DNA of 39,981 bases from Alphaproteobacteria bacterium. Its GTDB lineage: Bacteria; Pseudomonadota; Alphaproteobacteria; Holosporales; JBOFFI01. The notes under the pieces were generated by a model. It was given only the letters and a program-made list of their open reading frames with translations, had not been told where the DNA came from and made no database searches. The translations under genes and the position numbers were made by a program. Position 1 is the first letter of the stretch; every line of letters begins with the position of its first letter. Of the stretch, positions 17,582 through 27,218 are shown in pieces. Where the stretch lies: NCBI GenBank assembly GCA_051657245.1, contig JBOFKI010000057.1:1-39981 (forward strand), given 5' to 3'.

Positions 17582-18491
17582 AACGCAGAAACCAGACAGT
17601 CATTAACATCATGCCCCCCACCGCTAAAATCAGAATGGGCGACACCGTTTCATCAAAAGAAACATAGCCTAATAGCGCCCCAAACACAAACCGTACGATA
17701 GACAACGGCATCAGATAGGTGATATCAGCTAATTCTAAAGCCCGGTTTAAAGCATAATAGGCTAGTCCACTTAACAACCCCAAAAAAACCAACCATGGAA
17801 GCTGATCCCCAGTTGGAAAAGTCCCCATTAGCACCGTTGGAATGGAGAGAAAAAGACTTCCCCAGACAAGCATGGAAAACGTTGCGTCCCAGGATTCAAC
17901 CTGCTTTAACACTTGCTTTGCCATTAAGTGGGAAGCGCTCAAAGCCCCCAATGCCAGAAGCGGAATGAAGGCATACCCACGATGGGTCAAGCCAAAAAAA
18001 TTTTCATTCCAAACCGCTTGAAAATGTTGATAAAATAATAGACAAATTCCAGCCAAACACAACCCAAAAGCTGTAAACCTTTTACGCTTTACAGGTTCTT
18101 TCAAAAAAAGATGAGCGGCAAACACAGTTAGCAGCGGGCTGAGCAACTTAAAAACAGACAGAGTAGCAAGGGGGATATATTTCAAAGACACACACCATAG
18201 CCCAATGCCGATACTGGCGAAAAACGCCCTGGTCAGGGCAAGGGGAGAAGAAAAGATAGGTCGCGCTGATTTTAGAGAAGAAAACCCCACCGCTCCAAGA
18301 AAAATAGCCCCCAAAAAAAGCTCAAAAAAGGCTAATTCAAAAGGTGAAAGCGGATCTTCCCCAAAGGTTGACAGGTGGCGAACCAAGGCGGCGATCCCTG
18401 CAAAACAGGCATAAGAAAGCACCTTCCACCCAAGGGCCTGTTTTTTTTGCAAAGATTGAAACAAAACCAGAACCATAAAGCCTCTTCTCAA
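17568..18491 (-). CDS. DMT/EamA family transporter (tandem paralogue)
   Basis: WKVLS, ELAFF, FLKEPV, FDETV; overlaps the next DMT gene by 14 nt. Confidence 0.88.
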   Translation of the reverse strand: MRRGFMVLVLFQSLQKKQALGWKVLSYACFAGIAALVRHLSTFGEDPLSPFELAFFELFLGAIFLGAVGFSSLKSARPIFSSPLALTRAFFASIGIGLWCVSLKYIPLATLSVFKLLSPLLTVFAAHLFLKEPVKRKRFTAFGLCLAGICLLFYQHFQAVWNENFFGLTHRGYAFIPLLALGALSASHLMAKQVLKQVESWDATFSMLVWGSLFLSIPTVLMGTFPTGDQLPWLVFLGLLSGLAYYALNRALELADITYLMPLSIVRFVFGALLGYVSFDETVSPILILAVGGMMLMTVWFLRYEDS

Positions 18492-18543
18492 AAATATCTA
18501 GGCATTCTAAAACAAAGATATTTTTTCGTCAAAAAAAGTTTTT

Positions 18544-19533
18544 TTATCGTTCAATAGAAACCCGGGCTTGAGTATAGCCATGCTTGAGTACGGTTTCTAA
18601 GATTGCGTCCGCCTCGTTTACGTGTGTTAAAGGCCCCACCATGACCCGATATAAAACCCCGTGGGAGGTGGATTGTTTTTTAATAAAAATTTTATGCACA
18701 AGGGATAATGCACGCGCATTTTTTTGAGCATCCGGAAGAAATGCATGGGTTTTTACCTGAACGTAAAGACGCGGACGACCTGTTTTTGCTTTAATGCCAG
18801 CGGTTTCAAGGGCTGGATCTTTCACTGAGAGGGCTTGTTTTAAAATACCCTCAATAGACTGAGGAACGGCAGGTGAGGGTGGAATTAGATTGTCAATGCG
18901 GAGCTGCTTTTTAGGAAGTGCAGCCGCCATTGCAGGAGAAATGATAGGAGGGATGCGTGAGGTTGGCCTCGAAGCAAGCAACGTGGGCCGTTTTTTAGCC
19001 GCGCGTGAGGCGAGTTTTGTGCCACCTCTTCCTTGCCTTGCAAAGGCTCTTACATTTTCAGGTAAGCTGATACTTTCTTCCGCCAGGGCTTGGATTTGAA
19101 CCATTGCCGTGCCTTTTTTATAAAAACCCAAAAGCTGCGCCGCGCGTACTGAAACGTCCAAAACCCGATTGTTCTTAAAAGGCCCTCTATCGTTGACTTT
19201 CAATTTCAACATCCGGCCATTTTCTAAATTGGTTACCAAAACCACACAAGGAAGCGGAAGCGTTTTATGGGCTGCAGTTAATTGATACATATCAAACGGC
19301 TCTCCTGTCGCTGTAGGCAATTTATGGCAACCATCTACACCTCCATAATAAGAGGCAACGCCTGTTTCTTTTAATTCGTAATGGTGTTGTGGATAATACC
19401 AGGTTCCTTTGATTTGATAGGGTCTGCTGGTGGCGCGTTGGGGGCTGAACGTCTGGCAATCATCCAAGGATGAGCATCCTGCTAGGAATAACACTCCCAT
19501 AAGAGAAACCGCTCTCAAACAAAAAAACATCAC
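18544..19533 (-). CDS. rlpA: Septal ring lytic transglycosylase RlpA with a C-terminal SPOR domain
   Basis: Lipobox LAGC; PYQIKGTWYYP, ETGVASYY, TAAHKTLPLP, VNDRGPF; YRVMVGP SPOR motif. Confidence 0.92.
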   Translation of the reverse strand: MMFFCLRAVSLMGVLFLAGCSSLDDCQTFSPQRATSRPYQIKGTWYYPQHHYELKETGVASYYGGVDGCHKLPTATGEPFDMYQLTAAHKTLPLPCVVLVTNLENGRMLKLKVNDRGPFKNNRVLDVSVRAAQLLGFYKKGTAMVQIQALAEESISLPENVRAFARQGRGGTKLASRAAKKRPTLLASRPTSRIPPIISPAMAAALPKKQLRIDNLIPPSPAVPQSIEGILKQALSVKDPALETAGIKAKTGRPRLYVQVKTHAFLPDAQKNARALSLVHKIFIKKQSTSHGVLYRVMVGPLTHVNEADAILETVLKHGYTQARVSIER

Positions 19534-19718
19534 TATCTATCGCCTGCTGAAGATGCCTAAAAAAAACAAACCACTAATTTGTATATGGAGTAAAAAAGAT
19601 CAACTTTCTTCAAGAAAGCTACAAAAACCTTTGGATAAAAGCAAGTTTTTGTTAAATTCTGTCTGTAGCGCATGAGTTGACTAAGCTAGCTCTGGCCATC
19701 ATAAATTAGCCATCGTCA

Positions 19719-19765
19719 TATATTGGGCGCAAAAAAGCACTGACGCCTGAGCAGGTGGTTGATGA
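19719..19765 (+). pseudogene. Possible remnant of a serine resolvase/invertase C-terminal arm
   Basis: Translates to YIGRKKALTPEQVVD, resembling the GRKxxL(T/S)xEQ arm before the resolvase HTH; very short. Confidence 0.3.
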
Positions 19766-19784
19766 CACAAGGTATCGTCTGGAT

Positions 19785-19979
19785 TTAGGCACCCCTAAAA
19801 CCAGGGTCGCCCGAGAAGCTCACATCAGCCGCCAAACGTTGTACCAGGTCTCTTGCGTGAATTGTACCAGGTCTTGCGTGAAGCTGGGTAGATTCTTCAA
19901 GCGTTACGCCACCTGAAAAAGCCATTTGTGTTGAGAAAAAGCTTATGCTGAGTAGGGTGATGAAAAAATCCTTCGTCAT
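19785..19979 (-). pseudogene. Short or truncated secreted protein
   Basis: AAGGA SD, signal peptide ending AFS (like the F-box-LRR signal peptides), stop after 64 aa, internal 21/23-bp tandem duplication. Confidence 0.5.
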
Positions 19980-19999
19980 GGTTGTAGTTCCTTTGTTCT

Positions 20000-20224
20000 T
20001 TAAAGTTTTTGAAGGGTTAGGCCTTTTTGGCCATGTTGGATGTCTTGAAAATGTTCTAGAAATTTTGCATAAGCGGCCTCCTGATTGAACAGAAGCACCA
20101 CATTTTCAAGGTTTGAATTGTCTTGAACATTTGTGGTAAAGCCAGCAGACCCGATACAGATAGTATGGTTAACATCGCGTTTTCTTTCTATCCCAGTGTC
20201 AGGTGTGGTTGTACGCCTGTTCAA
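20000..20224 (-). pseudogene. C-terminal fragment of a PLD-superfamily-like gene
   Basis: ICIGSAGFTTNVQDNSNLENVVLL...YAKFLEHF parallels LLGSYNFTHAANHANAENLL...YEIYLKNW of the PLD at 1863; no HKD seen upstream. Confidence 0.4.
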
Positions 20225-20609
20225 TCTTAACCCTAAAAAGAACAGCGTACGCCTCTACCCGAATCTCCCCAGGAAATTCACACTTCAACAGACTCAACTT
20301 TAACACGGTCTATGGCTGAAAAAGAATTAACAAAGTGTTGCTCAAAAAATGTTTTTTACCTCTTTTATTGAAAAATGACAAATCACACTTTGGGAACAAG
20401 GAAGAATAGGCATTCTAAGAAGATTTTTAATATTTTTTATTAAAAATAAGGAAGGGGCAAAAACCCACAGATTGGAGACTTCTGGCCAATTGATGTCTCT
20501 CAAAGTGCGAGGAGTTGGGAGAAGAGGTGTTGACAGGTTAAAAAGGATTAGGGAATAAATAGGAATATCCTAAATTTATTCGCACTTGTCCGAAGAGGAG
20601 GAATAATCT

Positions 20610-21923
20610 TTGAAAAGCTCTCATAGAACAACGTCGTTTTATCCATGGTTCATATGGTCTTTTGCGGGGCTTTTCTATCTGTATCAATTTGTGTTGCGCA
20701 CTTCCCCTAATGTCATGGCTGATCAGCTCATGCGGGATTTTTCTATTGATGCCTATTCTTTTGGAATTTTAGCTGCTTGCTATTATTACACCTATTCTCT
20801 TTTTCAAATTCCTGTTGGGCTTATGCTAGATTCTGTCGGGCCTAAGCGTGTTTTACGCGTTGCAGTTGGACTATGTGCTCTGGGGGCCTTAGTTTTTTCA
20901 GCAGCTCCCAATTTATGGGTTGCAGCTTTGGGGAGAACTCTCATTGGAGCTGGCGCTTCTTGTGCTTTTTTAGGGACCGTGCGTTTGGGGACCCTTTGGT
21001 TTCCGCCTGAAAGGCTCGCTTTTGTTGTGGGTGTTTCTGTTGCCCTTGGAAAAGTAGGCGGTATGTCTGCGAACCTTCCTTTGGCTATTTTAGTGGAAAA
21101 TTTTTCTTGGCGCCAGGCGACGCTCATTCTTTCCCTTGGGGGTCTTATTATTTGGTTGCTTGTTTGGATTTTTGTGAAAGATGGCCCCCGCGATCGTCTT
21201 CCCCCGCGCCCAACAACGGGAGGGTCTGCATGGGGGGCTACCATTCCAACATTGTCTTTGATCATTAAAAGCCCTGCCATTTGGTGGATTTCTCTGTATG
21301 GTTGTTTGATGTATGTTCCGCTTTCGGCTTTTACAGACGCTTGGGGAACTTCTTTTTTAATGAAGCTCCACAACATTGATAAACCAACGGCTTCTGGTAT
21401 CATCAGCATGCTTTTTGTTGGAACGGGGATTGGAGCACCTTTGGTTGCCTTTTTCTCGGATTATCTCCGTGGGAGGCAATTTCCCATGGTGATATCAGCC
21501 ATTCTTTCTTTGCTTGCAAATGGTGCGCTTATTTTTATCCCTGACCTTTCCTTAGAGATTTCGATCATCTTACTTTTCCTGATCGGTTTTTTCATGACAG
21601 GGCAGACCCTTGTTTTTGTTGCTGCCAGCGAAGCAACCCCTCCTCACATGAGCGGAACCGTCACAGGTTTTGTGAATATGATCGTGATGACGGGAGGTGC
21701 TATTTTACAACCTCTCATCGGATACCTTTTAGATTGGTCTTGGGATGGAAAAATGGAAAACTGTTTTCCGTCTTATAGCCTCAGCGATTTCCGCTTGGCG
21801 CTTTCGACCATCCCTTTATGTATGTTGTTATCTATTGTGGCGGTTGCGTTTATTCCTGAAACACACCCTAACCGGCGTAATAAAGCCCAAAAGTCCGCTG
21901 TAAAGGGAGAGGACATAGAGTAG
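20610..21923 (+). CDS. MFS transporter
   Basis: About 12 TM helices; FYLYQFVLR.SP, QIPVGLMLDSVGPKR (motif A), WFPPER; GAGGAGG SD. Confidence 0.92.
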   Translation: MKSSHRTTSFYPWFIWSFAGLFYLYQFVLRTSPNVMADQLMRDFSIDAYSFGILAACYYYTYSLFQIPVGLMLDSVGPKRVLRVAVGLCALGALVFSAAPNLWVAALGRTLIGAGASCAFLGTVRLGTLWFPPERLAFVVGVSVALGKVGGMSANLPLAILVENFSWRQATLILSLGGLIIWLLVWIFVKDGPRDRLPPRPTTGGSAWGATIPTLSLIIKSPAIWWISLYGCLMYVPLSAFTDAWGTSFLMKLHNIDKPTASGIISMLFVGTGIGAPLVAFFSDYLRGRQFPMVISAILSLLANGALIFIPDLSLEISIILLFLIGFFMTGQTLVFVAASEATPPHMSGTVTGFVNMIVMTGGAILQPLIGYLLDWSWDGKMENCFPSYSLSDFRLALSTIPLCMLLSIVAVAFIPETHPNRRNKAQKSAVKGEDIE

Positions 21924-21935
21924 GAGGAAGGAGCA

Positions 21936-22919
21936 ATGGAAATATTACCTCCTTCACTAGCTGCGCTGATTGCGTCTACGTTAGCATCCGTTTCCCCGGC
22001 TCAGCTTCAAGGATGGGGGAAAAAGCTATCTTCAACCTATCGAAATGAAACGTTTTCACTAAACCCAGAGCAGTGCTTTGCATATCTCACCGTCAGGCTT
22101 CCTGCAACGTATGCCGTGTTGCGGACCGTTTTAAAAAAACTAAAATTATTTAAGGGGGAAGATGATCCATTTAAAACACTGTTAGATGTAGGAACAGGGC
22201 CTGGAACGGCGCTGTGGGCCTACCAAGAAACATTCCAAGGTTTGGAAATTTTCACGGGCATCGACCAGAGTGCAACGTTTTTAAGGCACGCAAAGAAGCT
22301 TTTAGAACCATTTTCAAGCCACTGCGTTGTCACCTTAGAGCAACGGAATTTTTTAAAAAAAGGATCTGCTCCGCTTGTTCCCCATGAATTGGTCATTCTT
22401 AGTTATATTTTGAATGAGCTATCCTTGGAAGCTGCAAAATCTGCTTTAACTGAAGCATGGAGGCTTTCTACCTCAACCCTTGTGCTTGTGGAGCCAGGAA
22501 CATCCAAAAGCTTCAAAAAATTTCTGGAATGGAGAGAACATCTGATCCATTTGGGGGCTTTTATATGGGCTCCTTGCCCTCACTTGAAGGCTTGTCCCCT
22601 TGCACCCCATCCCACAGATTGGTGTCACGTTCATGTGCGGCTCCCCAGAAGCCGTCGCCATCAATCTATCAAACAGGGAACATTAGCCTGGGAAGACGAG
22701 TCTTACCTTTATCTGATTGCAAGTAAAACTCCTTGTCCGCAAACAGGATGGAGCCGCGTTTTGCACACACCTCAAAAAAATCCTGCTCATCTTCGTCTTT
22801 CCCTTTGTCAACCTGATGGAACCTACGATGAACAAACCCTTACCAAGAAAAAAGATGTCTCGCGTTATCAACAAGCGCGTAAAGTAAAGTGGGGAGATTG
22901 TTGGCCATCTGTTGGTTAA
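21936..22919 (+). CDS. Rsm22/METTL17-family SAM-dependent methyltransferase-like protein
   Basis: AYLTVRLPATYA, LLDVGTGPGT, SYILNEL, LVEPGT, APCPH..CP...DWCH, WEDE..YL, ARKVKWGD. Confidence 0.88.
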   Translation: MEILPPSLAALIASTLASVSPAQLQGWGKKLSSTYRNETFSLNPEQCFAYLTVRLPATYAVLRTVLKKLKLFKGEDDPFKTLLDVGTGPGTALWAYQETFQGLEIFTGIDQSATFLRHAKKLLEPFSSHCVVTLEQRNFLKKGSAPLVPHELVILSYILNELSLEAAKSALTEAWRLSTSTLVLVEPGTSKSFKKFLEWREHLIHLGAFIWAPCPHLKACPLAPHPTDWCHVHVRLPRSRRHQSIKQGTLAWEDESYLYLIASKTPCPQTGWSRVLHTPQKNPAHLRLSLCQPDGTYDEQTLTKKKDVSRYQQARKVKWGDCWPSVG

Positions 22920-23003
22920 TTTTTTTTTACGTCCTTTAAAGAAAAACTGCAATTTCACTTGATTTTTGCTGCAAAAACCGATACACCTGGATACATAGTT
23001 TGG

Positions 23004-23079
23004 GTCCCCATCGTCTAGAGGCCTAGGACACCGCCCTTTCAAGGCGGCAACACGGGTTCGAATCCCGTTGGGGACGCCA
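23004..23079 (+). tRNA. tRNA-Glu(TTC)
   Basis: gtcccca acceptor stem, ccgcc-cTTTCaa-ggcgg anticodon arm, GGTTCGAATCC T-loop, encoded CCA; 76 nt. Confidence 0.97.
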
Positions 23080-23123
23080 TCGTCAGCTCGCGGGCTGGTA
23101 GTTTTCTAAATTTTTACAAAAAT

Positions 23124-24104
23124 CTAAAATGTAAAGGGAAGAGGGAATCCCAGAAGATAGAACCTCCTGTTTTTAAGGCTGAGGGGGATAGACATGGTTC
23201 CGTCTTGTTCTCGGTCAAGAAATATCTCAGAAAGCTTTAAAAAAGTAAGGTCCCGCTCGCTAACGCCTTGAGTTGCTAACAGATTGAAAAGCCTTTGAAA
23301 ACCTTGAATTTTAAGTTTAAAATCTCCCTTGAGTGCTAGATTTTTATCGAGGGACAAAGATCCGTCACAAACGAAATTCATCTGGGGGAAAACCAAAGAA
23401 ATTTTACCAAATTGCAGCTGTCCTTGATGGTTTCTCCAAGTTTCGAGGCCGTTTTTTCCTTTCATAAAAGCATCAATTTGGGTTATTTTAAACGCAGTTT
23501 CAAAACCAACGCGAGTGTTTCCTTGCAACCGCATTTCTTTTGTCCACCCTTCCAATTTCCCGGTAGCAGAAGCCTCTAAAAAAAGAGCTTCTTTTTGATT
23601 CTTGGTTAAATGGAAATCTAGATGGGTTCCTAAAATTTTCAAAACAGGCATGTTGTTTTGGACAAAAAAGAGAGATTCTATATCAAACATAATGCCTTTA
23701 AAACGGAATCGTTCAAGCAACACATTTCCTCGAAGATAAGATCCTTTGCCTCGGTAATTTTGAAATGTAATTCGTGGTGTATCTTCAACCCGAATCCAAA
23801 ATTGATGTTTAAGCGTAAAAAAAAAGCCTGCTTTGATAATAAGGGCTGGCGCATAAAAGCGAAAATCCCCAGATTTTATCTGTATCTCATTTAATTTAAA
23901 CGTTAAATCATCTGGAAACCCTGATGCCTTCATTTCACGGTAAGAAATTTGAACACCGTATTTTTCCATATCTCCGAGAATTTTTTCTAAAATGTTTTCA
24001 AAAAGCCAGCGCTCTATAAACCAAAACGTTGAATAGGTAAGCACAAGGGTTATAAAGACAAACCCTAAAGATCGCTTAAAAAGGTTAGGCGTTTTGGCAG
24101 ACAT
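23124..24104 (-). CDS. DUF2125-like membrane-anchored protein
   Basis: N-terminal TM ending YSTFWF, SGFP motif, beta-rich body, C-terminal LLGFPL; last gene of the ftsEX-ydcF-plsC operon. Start set at ATG 24104. Confidence 0.65.
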   Translation of the reverse strand: MSAKTPNLFKRSLGFVFITLVLTYSTFWFIERWLFENILEKILGDMEKYGVQISYREMKASGFPDDLTFKLNEIQIKSGDFRFYAPALIIKAGFFFTLKHQFWIRVEDTPRITFQNYRGKGSYLRGNVLLERFRFKGIMFDIESLFFVQNNMPVLKILGTHLDFHLTKNQKEALFLEASATGKLEGWTKEMRLQGNTRVGFETAFKITQIDAFMKGKNGLETWRNHQGQLQFGKISLVFPQMNFVCDGSLSLDKNLALKGDFKLKIQGFQRLFNLLATQGVSERDLTFLKLSEIFLDREQDGTMSIPLSLKNRRFYLLGFPLPFTF

Positions 24105-24831
24105 GTTGCTTGCCCTCACAGCTCGCTTGATGGGACGCGTCTTCAATGCGTTGCTGCAATTGTTTCATGAAATCAACACGTTTTAACCCTGGTAGAATCG
24201 GGGGTGCAAAAATGAGAAAAATAGTTCCCGGTTTTTTACAAAATTTTCGTCGCTCCCAAAAAAAACCTGAATTTAGACCTGCTGGAACAACCGGAATTTG
24301 TAAGCGGTGATAAAGGGAGTAAACGCCCGGGTGATAGGTCGAGGGAGCTCCAGGCAACGTGCGCGTCCCTTCTGGAAAAATAATAATAGGTCTTTTTTGA
24401 GCAATAGCTTTTTCGGCTTTTTGGAACATCAGGGAAAAAGCTTTCAAGCTTTGACGTCCAGAACGCACAACAGGAATCATTTCGAGTTTTTTTAAAAGAA
24501 GACCCACAAAAGGAACATGCATCAAACTATTTTTTAAAACGATAGCAGGATCTTCAAACAAAGCACTAAACACGATCGTTTCCCATACAGATTGATGTTT
24601 GCAAGCAATAATAATCCCTTTTTCATGGTGGGGAATATGCTCCAACCCCTGAACTTTGTAGCTAATGCCTAAAATGAGTTGCGCCATTTTTAACGTGCCC
24701 TTAGACCAAACCCTTCCAACTTTCAAGGTAAGGCTTCGGGGTAAACAAAAAAGGAGCAGAATAGGGAAACTACAAAGGCTCGTCCACACGTAGAAGATAA
24801 AATTGAAAAATAAAGATTTAATAAAATTCAT
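24085..24831 (-). CDS. plsC: 1-acyl-sn-glycerol-3-phosphate acyltransferase
   Basis: KHQSVWET, IIFPEGTR, VVPAGLNSG. Confidence 0.9.
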   Translation of the reverse strand: MNFIKSLFFNFIFYVWTSLCSFPILLLFCLPRSLTLKVGRVWSKGTLKMAQLILGISYKVQGLEHIPHHEKGIIIACKHQSVWETIVFSALFEDPAIVLKNSLMHVPFVGLLLKKLEMIPVVRSGRQSLKAFSLMFQKAEKAIAQKRPIIIFPEGTRTLPGAPSTYHPGVYSLYHRLQIPVVPAGLNSGFFWERRKFCKKPGTIFLIFAPPILPGLKRVDFMKQLQQRIEDASHQASCEGKQHVCQNA

Positions 24832-25406
24832 ATTAACCTAATTTTAGAAAAAATTTTTTCAATAGTTAGACGAGAAAATGAAAAAAGAAACTTATTGTAT
24901 TCTTGGAATATTTTATAAAAACGTCCTTTTCCCTCAGAAATAACAGGATAAGGTATCATAGATACTTGGGGCATTTGGTTTTGTAATTCAAAAAGACTTC
25001 GGGCCATATGATAATCAGATGTAACCAAATATAAACTATGAATTTTCCGTTTTTCAACCCATTCTCTCACCTCTTCTGCGTTCCCAACTGTATTTTTTGC
25101 TTCATATCCTAACGTTAAGCCAGGATACTTAAATTGTTTAGAATAAAATTGATCTCTTTCTGTCCCAACACCAGAGATTAAAATTTGGTTTGCGAGTTTT
25201 TTTTGAGCAAGAAAAAAACCTTGCTCAATGCGTCCCCGGTCTCCCGTTAACACGACAATGGCTTCTTGGGGAAGCAATGTTTCAACGGAGGGAATTTTGG
25301 CATACATAACCCAGCCATAAAAAAAACCAAACCCACCCAACCAAACTGTCAAAAGCACACAAAGAGAAAAAAAAAGTTTCACGAAAAAAGAAAAAATTAA
25401 CGTCAT
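24828..25406 (-). CDS. YdcF/DUF218 family protein
   Basis: AIVVLTG..GRI, ISGV, A.NT.GNA.E, LVTSDYHM.RS, EYNK. Confidence 0.88.
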   Translation of the reverse strand: MTLIFSFFVKLFFSLCVLLTVWLGGFGFFYGWVMYAKIPSVETLLPQEAIVVLTGDRGRIEQGFFLAQKKLANQILISGVGTERDQFYSKQFKYPGLTLGYEAKNTVGNAEEVREWVEKRKIHSLYLVTSDYHMARSLFELQNQMPQVSMIPYPVISEGKGRFYKIFQEYNKFLFSFSRLTIEKIFSKIRLI

Positions 25407-25424
25407 GTTCCTTGCAAAATTAAC

Positions 25425-26327
25425 CTAGCTGATTTCAAGATTTCGAAGTGACCACACAACCGTAAAATGGGTCACCAAGTGTACAAGTGTTAAGCTCACA
25501 ACCAACATGAAAACAAAAAAAACAAGAAGTTGATACAAAAAAGAGGGGCTCAGAAAAAAATTTAATAAAGAAGCCTCTAGCTGCAAAAAAAGCAACAACA
25601 CCATACCTAAACAAAAAAAGCAAGCTATCCAAAAAGCTTGCAAGGTGTTTTTAAAAGAATGCTTTTGAAATTGGCGAGAAATATAACGATCTGATGCTCC
25701 CATCAAATGCAAAATTTCTAAAATCGAGCCATGGATACGAATCCCAGTTCGCACAGAAAAAATCACAACTAACAAAGCTGCAACCAAGAAAAAAAAAGCA
25801 GAAAACCAAACGGCTTGTTGGATTGTGCTAAGCCATCGAGTTAATTTTTGCAGAATTGCTTGATGGTTAAACATCACTGCTTCTGGGTAATTTTTTTTCA
25901 CGTCAGCCTGTAATTGGGGAAGGGCGGAGGTTTCCTCTGGCTTAAAAAAAACATCTACCATCACAGGGGGCAGCCTTAATTCTTCTGAAAGAGAAACTAA
26001 ATCCAAACGCTGGGCAGTTTGTTCTAGCTGCTTTTCAGAAAAAGTGGCAACCCTCATCACTTCTTTTCTAGTGCTTAAAATTTCAGTCAATTTTTTTTCT
26101 ACGTCACCACGTTCTTGGGGTGTTTGAATTGGAACCGTCACTGTCAACTGGGACTGGCTTCCAAGGGTTATGTTTTCTACATAAAAAGAAATGCCAAGGG
26201 CAGCGACCCCTGCAAAAAGAATCATAAAAAAAATCATTCCAAAAACCCAAGGCACGAAATCTGCTGAGCTATCTTGATGCAGGGGAAGATCAACACTTTT
26301 TTTAAAAGGGGGGTGTTGAATCATCAA
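25425..26327 (-). CDS. ftsX: Cell division ABC permease FtsX
   Basis: 4 TM helices, EILHLMGASDRYISRQFQ; overlaps ftsE. Confidence 0.85.
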   Translation of the reverse strand: MMIQHPPFKKSVDLPLHQDSSADFVPWVFGMIFFMILFAGVAALGISFYVENITLGSQSQLTVTVPIQTPQERGDVEKKLTEILSTRKEVMRVATFSEKQLEQTAQRLDLVSLSEELRLPPVMVDVFFKPEETSALPQLQADVKKNYPEAVMFNHQAILQKLTRWLSTIQQAVWFSAFFFLVAALLVVIFSVRTGIRIHGSILEILHLMGASDRYISRQFQKHSFKNTLQAFWIACFFCLGMVLLLFLQLEASLLNFFLSPSFLYQLLVFFVFMLVVSLTLVHLVTHFTVVWSLRNLEIS

Positions 26328-27037
26328 ACGGCCTCACGTTCGGTTTCGTTGTTGAAAACCCCTTGGGGGAAGGAGAGAAGCTTTCCGTCTTCCAGACGGA
26401 GCACTGTATGGGGAAATTTCTGGAGCAATTCCCTATTGTGGGTCGCAAGCACAACGGTTGTCCCAATCTTGTGTAATTCTTCAAAGAGATGAAAAAGCTT
26501 TAAAGCGCTCATGTCATCGACGCTTCCTGTGGGTTCGTCCGCCAATAAAAGTTTAGGTCTTGAGATAACGGCCCGGGCAATGGCAACACGCTGTTTCTCA
26601 CCTCCGGAGAGAGATTGGGGATAGGCGTCCAAAGCATCAATTCCCACCCACTTGAGAAGCTCTTTGGCCTGATCTCGACTTTTATAGCCATCTAAACCAC
26701 GAATGCGAAGCGGAAGTGCCACATTTTCAATAACGGTCAAATGATTCAACAATTTAAATTCTTGAAACACGATTCCCATATCTTGCCGTAAACGCTTTTT
26801 TTGCGAAAGCGACATCTTAGAAACTTCTTGGCCGAAAAGTGTTAGCTTTCCCCATGTCGGAGCTAAATTAAGATACAGTAATCTGAGGAGGGATGATTTT
26901 CCAGAACCGCTTGATCCGGTTAAAAAATAAAAACCACCCGTCTCAAGAAAAAAACAGAGATTCTTGAAGAGATGTTTTTGTTGATCATAGCTCAAACCAA
27001 CTTGATCAAATATAGCAATTGGCTGTACCATAAGCAC
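26324..27037 (-). CDS. ftsE: Cell division ATP-binding protein FtsE
   Basis: [38 protein letters not shown]. Start could be ATG 27031. Confidence 0.92.
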   Translation of the reverse strand: MLMVQPIAIFDQVGLSYDQQKHLFKNLCFFLETGGFYFLTGSSGSGKSSLLRLLYLNLAPTWGKLTLFGQEVSKMSLSQKKRLRQDMGIVFQEFKLLNHLTVIENVALPLRIRGLDGYKSRDQAKELLKWVGIDALDAYPQSLSGGEKQRVAIARAVISRPKLLLADEPTGSVDDMSALKLFHLFEELHKIGTTVVLATHNRELLQKFPHTVLRLEDGKLLSFPQGVFNNETEREAV

Positions 27038-27218
27038 ACCTTATACACGAGATTTTCGTTCGGGAAAAGGGAAAAACGTCTCTTATTTTATTTTTATTTT
27101 TTACGGTGCTGCCTGAAAAAAAATTAAAAACAAAAAATTAAATTGATATTTCCAAAGGAGGCTTTAAAATGATCTTCATGAAAATGTTTGAATTTATAAA
27201 GCCCGTTGAGGAAATAGT

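Noticed and set aside
23004-23123. Integration site or island at tRNA-Glu
   Set aside because: No integrase and no duplicated tRNA 3' end seen; the tRNA is flanked by ordinary genes.
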